The notes below the pieces were generated by a model. It was not told the origin of the DNA. It saw nothing but the letters and a program-made list of their open reading frames with translations, and did no database searches. A DNA stretch of 18,169 nucleotides, taken from contig CAZOYD010000065.1 in NCBI GenBank assembly GCA_964583985.1, positions 1 through 18,169 on the forward strand, given 5' to 3'. Positions 1 through 8,254 of this stretch are shown here, piece by piece. A program made the translations under genes and the position numbers. Within the stretch, counting starts at the first letter, position 1. Each line of letters starts with the position of its first letter. Source of the stretch: an uncultured archaeon (GTDB taxonomy: Archaea > Asgardarchaeota > Lokiarchaeia > Sigyniarchaeales > SOKP01).

Positions 1-786
1 CTCGATAACATCTTGAGTCAAACCCAAGCGATCAGTGAAATATGTAAATAGGCGCGATCCATCGCCAACCGTGATTACTCTATCTGGACAAATAGTCACG
101 CAGTGCATGCATGTAATGCACAATTTTCTGTTAGTTTCTCCTACATTAGCATTAAATGCTCCCGTTGGGCATTCTTTTTCACAAAGATAACACATGGTGC
201 AGTCTCTATTCTCTCTCGAGGGGTATAATTCTGCCCAAATACCCTTACTTTCTTTAAATTTTTTGGGTTTATAAGAAAATCCTGTTAAGTCAATTTTGAA
301 ATCAACAGATTTTTGAAATCGATTAATTGATTGCAATGCGAAATCCGTAGCTACTTCGAAATCTAATTGATTAGGTCGATCTTTTGCGATTGACCAACCT
401 TCTGCAACGTTAAATGAATGGCTTCCAATGAATTCTGCCGAAAGAACTACCCGAAAATTTGCTCGAGTTAATAAATAGTAGGTAACTTGATGTGCCCATT
501 CTAAATCTCGCGCTCCATAAGTAAAAAACATGGAACATTTTTGATTCCTCCCATTTAGCGTGCTCATCCATTCCTCGGCAACACTGGGGGGTCTTCCTCC
601 GAAAACGGGGAATCCAAAAATACAGGCATCAAACTCTGAGAAATTATATTGAACTTGTCGCTTTTCTGGTGTAATTATGTTTATCAAGTTTATAGAGTTT
701 CCCCCCGATTCTAAAATCGAAGCAATGTGCCTTGAAACCATTCCAGTTATTCCTGTTGCAGAGAAATAAAAGATTGCAATATTCAT
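1..786 (-). CDS. EFR1-family flavodoxin-ferredoxin fusion (N-terminal flavodoxin fold + two 4Fe-4S motifs), 3' end truncated by window edge
   Basis: Missing from the ORF track; I translated it from ATG at 786 and it is open to position 1: MNIAIFYFSATGITGMVS...IFGFPVFGGRPP...FFTYGARD...SAEFIGSHSF...CTMCYLCEKECPTGA...CITCMHCVTICPD. It has a flavodoxin-like YFSxTG start and two CxxCxxCxxxCP motifs. Confidence 0.88.
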   Translation of the reverse strand, partial: MNIAIFYFSATGITGMVSRHIASILESGGNSINLINIITPEKRQVQYNFSEFDACIFGFPVFGGRPPSVAEEWMSTLNGRNQKCSMFFTYGARDLEWAHQVTYYLLTRANFRVVLSAEFIGSHSFNVAEGWSIAKDRPNQLDFEVATDFALQSINRFQKSVDFKIDLTGFSYKPKKFKESKGIWAELYPSRENRDCTMCYLCEKECPTGAFNANVGETNRKLCITCMHCVTICPDRVITVGDGSRLFTYFTDRLGLTQDVIE

Positions 787-900
787 TATATTAATATCCC
801 TTGACAATTAGTTCTATTAAGGGTAGATATAAATAAAAACATTGTTAGTTAACTTTCAATACTTGGATGAAAATCTTGATAAATACCCAACTTTCATCGT

Positions 901-1161
901 TCATAACATTTGTAAAATCTCGAAAGACGATATGGCCGGATCAGAAACTTCTTTCATCTTTAATCGGAATCCTTCACGAGCCATTACTGATTTAAATTTA
1001 TTGGATCTAAAATAGTTCTTTAGAACTTGTCCGTGTTTGTATCCATGGATGATAATGATTTCCGCATCACCGTTTAATTTACATTCTTCTAAAGCACTTA
1101 ATACTTCATCAACAGCGCTCCATAGTTCATGTCCGTGTACGTTTATCTCCATTAAACTCAC
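901..1161 (-). CDS. Stand-alone Smr (MutS2 C-terminal-like) domain protein
   Basis: EINVHG...A...IIIIHGYKHGQVLK matches the Smr pattern DLHG...IIHGxG.G.L. GTG start at 1161, alternative ATG at 1152. Confidence 0.75.
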   Translation of the reverse strand: MSLMEINVHGHELWSAVDEVLSALEECKLNGDAEIIIIHGYKHGQVLKNYFRSNKFKSVMAREGFRLKMKEVSDPAISSFEILQML

Positions 1162-1430
1162 GAAATTTTCATTCAGAATTAACTTTTTCCATTTTCCATT
1201 CTTTAATAATCTTTTTTCTACTAATAATAAAAATAAATTGATAGTTTGGATGGTTTACGTACCCTAAAAAAATAAAACAATTCCATTATGGCATATTAAT
1301 TATTTTCTCGCTCTTGGTTAAGGAAATATATCTTTAAAACTGTGATAATCACGTGGAAATGAATCCTTGATTTAACACTTGCTATTTACGAGTGTATAAT
1401 ATAGATATTATATTCGTTTTTTTGACATGC

Positions 1431-1448
1431 AAGGATAAATATTTATAA
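1431..1448 (+). promoter_or_regulatory. Putative archaeal BRE/TATA element for the OB-HIRAN gene
   Basis: Purine-rich AAGGATAAATA followed by TTTATAA (1442-1448), about 60 nt upstream of the ATG at 1509. Weak in this AT-rich background. Confidence 0.3.
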
Positions 1449-1508
1449 GATATTACTCTATTAATAAAATACGACAAAAATACATTTCGATATTTAAAGG
1501 CTTGCAGC

Positions 1509-2603
1509 ATGAAGATTAAAGATCTGAAGCCCAATTCAAATGTAAGCGTTCGAGTTCGGGTTTGTTCAAAAGGAACTGAAAGAACCGTCGCAAAAAATCG
1601 CTATAATCCCTTAAGAGTCTGTGAGTTTAAAGTAGGAGATGATAGTGGAGTTGTGGTATTAATAATGTTCAATGATGCTATTGATAAGTTAACTCGTGTT
1701 ATGGGGAGTGTGATTGATATTCAAGATGGGTGGTCAAAAAAATGGCAAGGTAAAATGCAACTTTCGATGGGGAAAGGTGGATCGTGGGATGTTGTCAATG
1801 ATAAAAACTTTCCGACGTCACAAGCAATTCTTCAAGGAAATGGAAGCGCGTCAGCATCAATCAAAAAGGCGATACCATCTGTAGGCACAAAAATAAAAGA
1901 TTTAAAACCAGATTCGAATGCGAATCTTAAATTAAGAATCTGTGCGAAAGCAGAAGAGAGAGTCCTTTCAAAGAACCGGACCGTACCTTTACGTGTATGT
2001 AATTTCACGGTAGGTGATGATTCCGGACATGTTAATTTAACCTTGTTTAATGATGAGATTGACAGGTTTTCTTCTCTTATGGGACAGGTTGTTGAGTTAA
2101 GAGATGGATGGGCTAAAATGTGGCAAGGAGACCTTCAATTATCGATGGGTAGATCGGGGTCTTTGGAAATAATTAACGACAAGAACTTTCCATCTATCAA
2201 TCAAATCTTACCTAGTATTCCCAATCAAACCGTGAAACTTGATTCCAGTACTCTTCAAGCTGATATTTTAGATTTTGGCACTAACACTCCATCCTTAGTG
2301 AAAGTTTCCGAGATCATCCCAAACATGAATATTTCTACCAAGGTAAGGGTATGCGAGCAAAGTGCCATAAAATACGTGAATCAGCGTGATGGGTCCAAGT
2401 TACGGGTTCGAGATTTTTTGATTGGCGACGAAACGGGATTAATTCCGTTTACGGCTTTTAATGGAGAAATCAAAGAAATAGGGGCTTTTACGGGGAACGT
2501 GATAAATTTAGAAAATTGTTGGGCGAAATTCTGGAATAAAACTCTTCAAGTCTCGAAGGGACAAAATGGAAGTTGGAAACTTGCTGACGATAGAGGATTT
2601 CCC
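1509..2603 (+). repeat. Intragenic triplication of the OB-fold unit (approx. 1509-1814, 1887-2192, 2298-2603)
   Basis: Units 1 and 2 are closest (KIKDLKPNSN/KIKDLKPDSN, PLRVC, VGDDSG, QLSMG, NDKNFP). Unit 3 is more diverged (IGDETG, LQVSKG, DDRGFP). Confidence 0.85.
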
Positions 2604-3047
2604 ACCAAAGAGGAACTTTTAGATAATTATAAAAAGTTGCAACTTGAGACACTCTCCGAATTATCCCATGGTATGGTTTATTATTCATCGATCAAAGGCA
2701 TACGGTTCCAAGAACATGGAAAAACGATTTATAAACAAGATGCCATGACTGAGTTGGAATTAATACCCGAGCCAGAAAATCCATATGATAATAAAGCGGT
2801 TGGAGTATGGTTAGACGGTAAGCAAATGGGGTATATCCCACGAACGCAAAACAAGGCAATTTTTAAGGCTTTAGAGGATGATGATCCTCAAATAAAATGC
2901 ATACTCGGCATTTTCAAGCCCGCTCTTAACACGGGGTATAATTTGCCACATCATGTAAAAGACATGCCGATAACGATTTCGACACATGTTCAAGTAATTG
3001 ATTGGCGTCCTGTTATATTATTGCCTGAAGATGCAATGGCATTTTAA
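1509..3047 (+). CDS. ssDNA-binding protein: three tandem SSB-type OB folds + HIRAN domain + conserved WRP..PED..AF C-terminal tail
   Basis: Three ~100-aa repeats (KIKDLKP...VGDDSG...F...GW...WQG..QLS.G...FP) resemble Sulfolobus SSB/hSSB1 OB folds. From aa ~389, IKGIRF...LELIPEPENPYDNKAVGVWLDGKQMGYIPR is the HIRAN signature (EPxNxYDxxAV...GYxPR). Confidence 0.85.
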   Translation: MKIKDLKPNSNVSVRVRVCSKGTERTVAKNRYNPLRVCEFKVGDDSGVVVLIMFNDAIDKLTRVMGSVIDIQDGWSKKWQGKMQLSMGKGGSWDVVNDKNFPTSQAILQGNGSASASIKKAIPSVGTKIKDLKPDSNANLKLRICAKAEERVLSKNRTVPLRVCNFTVGDDSGHVNLTLFNDEIDRFSSLMGQVVELRDGWAKMWQGDLQLSMGRSGSLEIINDKNFPSINQILPSIPNQTVKLDSSTLQADILDFGTNTPSLVKVSEIIPNMNISTKVRVCEQSAIKYVNQRDGSKLRVRDFLIGDETGLIPFTAFNGEIKEIGAFTGNVINLENCWAKFWNKTLQVSKGQNGSWKLADDRGFPTKEELLDNYKKLQLETLSELSHGMVYYSSIKGIRFQEHGKTIYKQDAMTELELIPEPENPYDNKAVGVWLDGKQMGYIPRTQNKAIFKALEDDDPQIKCILGIFKPALNTGYNLPHHVKDMPITISTHVQVIDWRPVILLPEDAMAF

Positions 3048-3056
3048 TTCTCTTTT

Positions 3057-4454
3057 TTATAACATAAGCTTTGCGATTATTTCAGGAAGATTATTTGGTG
3101 TAGATGCGAGTACATCAATTCCCAAAGTATTCATGAATTTAGCGTAGTTCCGATCAAACATTGGTTCATTATTATAATCCAATGCGGCTACTCCAAGTAT
3201 TTTTGTTTGACCTTCTAATACTTTCTTGAGCGTGTCAGTTAATCGGTCATATCCGCCTCCTTCATAAAAATCACTTATAATTACCATAATAGTCTTTTTA
3301 GGATTTTTAATTAATGATTGAGCATATTGTACAGCCCTCGCAATGTTAGTTCCACCTCCTAATTGAACGGTCATTAAAACCTCCACAGGATCGTCAATCT
3401 TATCGGAAAGATCGACAACTTGAGTATCAAAAATTATTAGATTTGTATGAACTGCGGGAAGGGTTGCAAAAATCGATGCAATCACCACGGAGAAAATTAT
3501 TGAATTCGTCATAGAACCACTTTCATCTATTAAAATTACTATTTGCCATGGTTTCTTCTTCTTTTCGGCACAATAAAACCGAGGTTCTGCCATGATTATT
3601 TTTTTTAGAGTAGGATCATAATGTTTTAAATTTCGACGAATGCTATCCTTCCAGTCAATATTTCGAAAAACCTTGATGGGGGTGTGCATATCGCGTTTGA
3701 TTGCCCCAATGATGTGCTTTTCAACATCATCTTTAAATTTATCCTTTAAATTTTCAACCACTTTTCTAACAACATTACGTGCAATATCCTTGACATCATT
3801 TGGAAGCATATTCTTTAAACTAATAATTGTTTTAACCATCTCTAAACTTGGTTCTACCTTTTCAAACAATTCAGGATTAGCTATAATATCTCTTATATCT
3901 GATCGTTCGATCAGATCTTTTTCTAATACTTCTTTCGTATCAGTTGGGAATAATTCCTTTACATTTTCGATCCAATCTGGAATTGAGAGATTGCTTGGAC
4001 CTAAACCAGCAGTTCTTCTCTGGTCTTGTGTCCCTCCATATACTAAGTCTAATGTCTCATCCATTTTTTTTAATTTATCTTTGTCAAATCCTTCTTGTCG
4101 AACTCCACTCGATTTCCCACTCGTACCCTTACCTCTAACACTATTCCCTTTTCCTGCGACTTTACTCTTTCCGGTGCCAGTACCTTTGCTACTCTTACCT
4201 TTTCCTGCTTTATCATCCTTATTCTCCTCACCCTCTCCTTTGCTCTCGCCTTCATCCTCGCTTTTCTCTTGATCTTCTCCCTCACCCTCTCCTTCATCTT
4301 GATTATCCTGATCATGTGATGCGTCATCTGAAAAATTTATATCCTGCTCTTCTGCTTTTTTACCTAAAATCAATCTCCACCTATCCATTGCTTCTCTTTG
4401 ATCTTCCGGTAATCTTGTGAACTTATCTTCATCAAAAATTTGGTTAGGACCCAT
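3057..4454 (-). CDS. VWA (CoxE/YehP-like) domain protein
   Basis: N-terminal RWRLILG motif, IDWKDSIRRNL, MIDAS DESGSM, QLGGGTNIARA and ISDFYEGG. Last gene of a MoxR operon. Confidence 0.9.
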   Translation of the reverse strand: MGPNQIFDEDKFTRLPEDQREAMDRWRLILGKKAEEQDINFSDDASHDQDNQDEGEGEGEDQEKSEDEGESKGEGEENKDDKAGKGKSSKGTGTGKSKVAGKGNSVRGKGTSGKSSGVRQEGFDKDKLKKMDETLDLVYGGTQDQRRTAGLGPSNLSIPDWIENVKELFPTDTKEVLEKDLIERSDIRDIIANPELFEKVEPSLEMVKTIISLKNMLPNDVKDIARNVVRKVVENLKDKFKDDVEKHIIGAIKRDMHTPIKVFRNIDWKDSIRRNLKHYDPTLKKIIMAEPRFYCAEKKKKPWQIVILIDESGSMTNSIIFSVVIASIFATLPAVHTNLIIFDTQVVDLSDKIDDPVEVLMTVQLGGGTNIARAVQYAQSLIKNPKKTIMVIISDFYEGGGYDRLTDTLKKVLEGQTKILGVAALDYNNEPMFDRNYAKFMNTLGIDVLASTPNNLPEIIAKLML

Positions 4455-4459
4455 TCAAT

Positions 4460-6943
4460 TCACACCTTTCCAAACCATTCTTCAAATATTTTGCGTAATT
4501 TATCGTCTACATTCTTAAAGAAGGTTTTAATGTCTTTTTCAATAAATTCTTTTAATTCTACATGTTTTTTTTTAATAAGACCATAATGCTCTGCAAGTTT
4601 TTCCACGAATATTTCATACTGTGTCGGGTGAAGTTCAGAAAAACTTTTTCTCATGGCAGGTAATATAGCAGAGAAAACATCCCAACTTACAGTTCCAACA
4701 ACTTCAGCCAATAACTTCACAATTTCTTGATTGATTAGTATTTTTATTTGACAAACATAAATGAGACCATAAATCAATGTACCAATTTTTACTCGGATTG
4801 AATCTATGCTATTCAGATATTCATAAATAATAATTTCGATATCAGAAACACTCAAATAATTCAATAAATATAGAATTCCGATGGAACCTCCCTTGATAAA
4901 TTCATTACTAGTATTTTCAATACAAGTGTTCATGCTTTCAATGTATACATTCAAATCGAGATCGATATTTTGTATCGAAATTAAAGTATTACCTAGCATT
5001 TTCATCGCATCAATATATTTTACCTCATCTGCTTCTGGAGGATTTGCGAAATTGGGTATAGAAAAACAACAAGTATAGTAAGTTCTCTGAATTAATTTTT
5101 CCATGAGTGCCAAATTTGACTTCTGGCTTTCCATCATTGACATGAACTGGAAAATCATGATCAAATTAAAAAATCCTTCTGTTAAGCTCAAAAATTCATT
5201 ATCTTCTTCAAGAGAGTTTAAACATTCATCAAATAGATCTTGAAAATGATCACTATACCCCATTGAGAGACTCTGAAACAATATATTCGTGATAAGGCTA
5301 AAATGTTTAACATTTTTTTTAGTTTCTTCAACCAGCTTGTTCTTACTTGCTTCCTCCAAGGTTGAGCCATAAGTACTCAATTCAACTAATTGCACGTCAA
5401 TATTTGGATTCCACCTTAATCTCCATTTTTCAGTGAATGTCCCAGTAATTCCATTCAAGACATCTGGACCTCGCAAGCGTTCAACGTAATTTATCCCCAA
5501 GAATTTAATTTTCCAAAACAATTGAGAAATCTTGGATTCTGCGTCCTCACGTAAGTTTAGATTTTTAGTCTGGTTTTTATCCTCGGGCTTTATACCGTTG
5601 GTTTCTAGTTGAAGATAAAAATCTCTTTGAAGTGGTAATTTGCCAATATCAGGAGTTACTTTCCCTATTTTGTAACCAATGGTTTTGTTTTGGATTAAGG
5701 ATTCTAAATATTTTCCTTCTATTTCTGGATTTCCCTTAATGAGCACCATGTAGATTGAATCAACGATATCTTTGAGATCTGGTTCTTCTCGTCGCCGTAA
5801 CATTGCAAGCATCTTGGCTCCTTGAAAAGAGTTTATGGAATCAGAAACTGAGACGATGATGCTTTTTTCTCTAGCTTCTTTGAAAATGTCGGTAATAAAG
5901 TCTAATGCAACAGCTTCATACGGATGATCTTGTTTGGAAGAGAATTTTCGCCAGACCATGTCGTAAAATTGAGGAGATTTATTTCCTGATAAATACCCTG
6001 AGTTTTGACTAATTCGATAATAAGAGAAAGGAATTAATGAGTTAATTAAGTTTTTTGTTGGAAAGTTAAAATTCTGGGATTCGCTATCTATTAATGCAAT
6101 AGAATGTATACCCCCGGTTATCACCAGCACGTCTTTTTCCTTGACTTTATATTTTTTTATGTAATTCTCAATATTATATTTCATGTACGATTCTCTTGCG
6201 AATGTACCATTTGCCTCAAGTAATTTATCATCAATTGTTTGTCGAAGGTAAGCACAAAAAAGTAACATGCTTTCTCTTAATTGATCGATATCAGATTTAT
6301 TAGCACCAATTTCAAATAGAGTCTCCCATGCTTCATTAAAATCTTCAAAATCAAAAACTTGAGCAAATTTATTATAAAAACCACTTAATGAATAAAACTT
6401 TTCTCCTTGCAACTGAAAAAGTTCCGGATCTTTAGTTGGATCCTTCAAATTTGCAGATTTATACGAAATCAACCCCGTAAGAGGTAGATCTATAAAGTGA
6501 ATAGGAATCTTTCTTTTTATAGATTCAGAAAGCGCAACAAACTCAGGAGAATATGAAACGAATGGATAATATGCTTCAAATTTAGCTGGTATTGAACTGT
6601 CGGGACTAAAAATTCCATTTAAACCAAAAGTATTATTTAGATCCGCATAAAGTGAGAGAATTGCAACTGGAGGGATAGTCTTCTTGTCAATCAAGTATTT
6701 TATTAAGTCATCCGCTAAAACTGGACCTTCTACCAAAATTAATTTTGGTTCGTATTTCTCAATCCATTTTTGAACTAAAATGGTAGAGCCTGGTGAGTGA
6801 TGACGAATTGGCAAATATTTAACTTTAGAATTCTTTACACGTGAAACCTTGGAATCAATTATTGAATTGTCAATACCCATTGATGTTCCTATCTCAAAAA
6901 GTATCTTTTTGAGGTTAGCAGCGTTTAAATAAGTATCACTCAT
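4460..6943 (-). CDS. DUF5682 family (YehM-like) protein
   Basis: PIRHHSPG, ILVEGP, YSPE, FIDLP, RESYM, VITGGIH, LIPFSYYRISQNSGYLSG, LVELSTYGSTLEEA and LPAMRKSFS motifs. It lies between the MoxR ATPase and the VWA gene, as in yehL-yehM-yehP. Confidence 0.85.
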   Translation of the reverse strand: MSDTYLNAANLKKILFEIGTSMGIDNSIIDSKVSRVKNSKVKYLPIRHHSPGSTILVQKWIEKYEPKLILVEGPVLADDLIKYLIDKKTIPPVAILSLYADLNNTFGLNGIFSPDSSIPAKFEAYYPFVSYSPEFVALSESIKRKIPIHFIDLPLTGLISYKSANLKDPTKDPELFQLQGEKFYSLSGFYNKFAQVFDFEDFNEAWETLFEIGANKSDIDQLRESMLLFCAYLRQTIDDKLLEANGTFARESYMKYNIENYIKKYKVKEKDVLVITGGIHSIALIDSESQNFNFPTKNLINSLIPFSYYRISQNSGYLSGNKSPQFYDMVWRKFSSKQDHPYEAVALDFITDIFKEAREKSIIVSVSDSINSFQGAKMLAMLRRREEPDLKDIVDSIYMVLIKGNPEIEGKYLESLIQNKTIGYKIGKVTPDIGKLPLQRDFYLQLETNGIKPEDKNQTKNLNLREDAESKISQLFWKIKFLGINYVERLRGPDVLNGITGTFTEKWRLRWNPNIDVQLVELSTYGSTLEEASKNKLVEETKKNVKHFSLITNILFQSLSMGYSDHFQDLFDECLNSLEEDNEFLSLTEGFFNLIMIFQFMSMMESQKSNLALMEKLIQRTYYTCCFSIPNFANPPEADEVKYIDAMKMLGNTLISIQNIDLDLNVYIESMNTCIENTSNEFIKGGSIGILYLLNYLSVSDIEIIIYEYLNSIDSIRVKIGTLIYGLIYVCQIKILINQEIVKLLAEVVGTVSWDVFSAILPAMRKSFSELHPTQYEIFVEKLAEHYGLIKKKHVELKEFIEKDIKTFFKNVDDKLRKIFEEWFGKV

Positions 6944-6949
6944 GGGAGT

Positions 6950-8227
6950 TTATCTAACTTGATTTTTAAAGGTATCAGCAAACTCTCTCCATGAAGAAGA
7001 GTTGTTTGCCCTTACTCTCGCGACCATATTGAAATATTCTCTTAATTTCGAAAGATTTTCTTTATCATCTTTGACGACTGCATCTATTATATTCATGGCA
7101 ATATGCTTGGGTTCAATCTCTGATTTGCCAAAGAATTTTGCATATATTGCACTATCAAGGAGTAATGAAATCTCTTCCGAAGTCGACATTACCGTTGAAA
7201 TGGGGGTAAATCGACCTCCACTCGTACTACGACCAGTTCTTAATTCTTGAAACACTGTAATCAATAAATCTAACGTATCTTCGGGAATCTGAATTTTAAA
7301 TCCTATCTTTTTTAGCAATGCATCGGTTCGCTGTGTCACGATTTTGCGTTCTAGATCTTTATCTTGAATAACCGGAATGTAGATAAAGTTGAAACGACGT
7401 TTTAATGCAGCGCTCATCTCGTTTACACCTCGATCTCTATCGTTAGCACTTGCGATTACATTGAATCCTGGAATTCCAAATACCATGTGTTCGGAACCTA
7501 ATTCAGGAAGTGGGACGACTTTTTCAGATAAAATAGATATCATACTATCCTGAATTTCTTGCGGACATCGCGTCAATTCTTCAAATCGTAAAATTTTACC
7601 TTCTCTCATTGCATTTATGGTAGGAGAGGGTACTAATGCTTCTTGACTAGGCCCATCTGAAACGAGTAATGCATAATTCCACGAATATCTAATTTGATCC
7701 TCGGTAGTTCCTGCAGTTCCTTGAATCAGATAGGTACTTTTACCACAAATTGCGGCGGCAAGGTGTTCTGAAAGCCACGATTTCGCTGTTCCAGGCTCTC
7801 CAATTAACATGAGCGCTCTTTCACTGGCTAAAGTAACAATAGATTTTTGAATCAGATCCCGTTGCCCATAGAATTTCGTGGAAATTTTAATTTTTTTCTC
7901 AGATCCATTTACTTTTAGGTTAAATTCCTCATCCGAACCAGTAATAAACAATTCAACCATCTTGGGGGATAATGTCCAATTAGGTGGTTTTGGATAGGTA
8001 TCATTTTGAGCTAAAGCCATTAATTCTTCAACATGCAATTCTTCAACAGGAAAGCGAATCTTTTCGATTTGTTTGCTACTGAGTTTTTGATCAGATCCAA
8101 GATCAATCTTATTAATTTTTGGTAGTGTCGCCTTTTGTACCGCAGGAGCTTTAGGTTTAGTTACTGGTGACTTTGCGGTAGTAGCTTTAGATGCAGGTAA
8201 TTTCTGTGGAGCTTTTTTTTTTGCCAT
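6950..8227 (-). CDS. MoxR-family AAA+ ATPase, YehL-like subfamily
   Basis: Walker A GEPGTAKS, IQGTAGTTEDQIRYSWNYA, Walker B LRFEELTR, and ANDRDRGVNEMSAALKRRF (sensor 1/Arg finger). Confidence 0.93.
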   Translation of the reverse strand: MAKKKAPQKLPASKATTAKSPVTKPKAPAVQKATLPKINKIDLGSDQKLSSKQIEKIRFPVEELHVEELMALAQNDTYPKPPNWTLSPKMVELFITGSDEEFNLKVNGSEKKIKISTKFYGQRDLIQKSIVTLASERALMLIGEPGTAKSWLSEHLAAAICGKSTYLIQGTAGTTEDQIRYSWNYALLVSDGPSQEALVPSPTINAMREGKILRFEELTRCPQEIQDSMISILSEKVVPLPELGSEHMVFGIPGFNVIASANDRDRGVNEMSAALKRRFNFIYIPVIQDKDLERKIVTQRTDALLKKIGFKIQIPEDTLDLLITVFQELRTGRSTSGGRFTPISTVMSTSEEISLLLDSAIYAKFFGKSEIEPKHIAMNIIDAVVKDDKENLSKLREYFNMVARVRANNSSSWREFADTFKNQVR

Positions 8228-8254
8228 AATCGACCCTTTTTTTAAATTTTAATT

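Noticed and set aside
1037-1267. 76-aa plus-strand ORF
   Set aside because: Antisense to the Smr gene and runs into AT-rich intergenic DNA; no protein-like features.
3640-4327. Overlapping ORFs 3640-4272(+), 3944-4138(+), 4070-4327(-) and 4095-4319(+)
   Set aside because: Antisense or alternate-frame shadows of the VWA gene, favoured by its low-complexity insert. No recognisable motifs.
6950-8227. Walker A GTAKS and Walker B FEE as signs of an inactive ATPase
   Set aside because: To my knowledge these variants are normal for the YehL-like MoxR subfamily.
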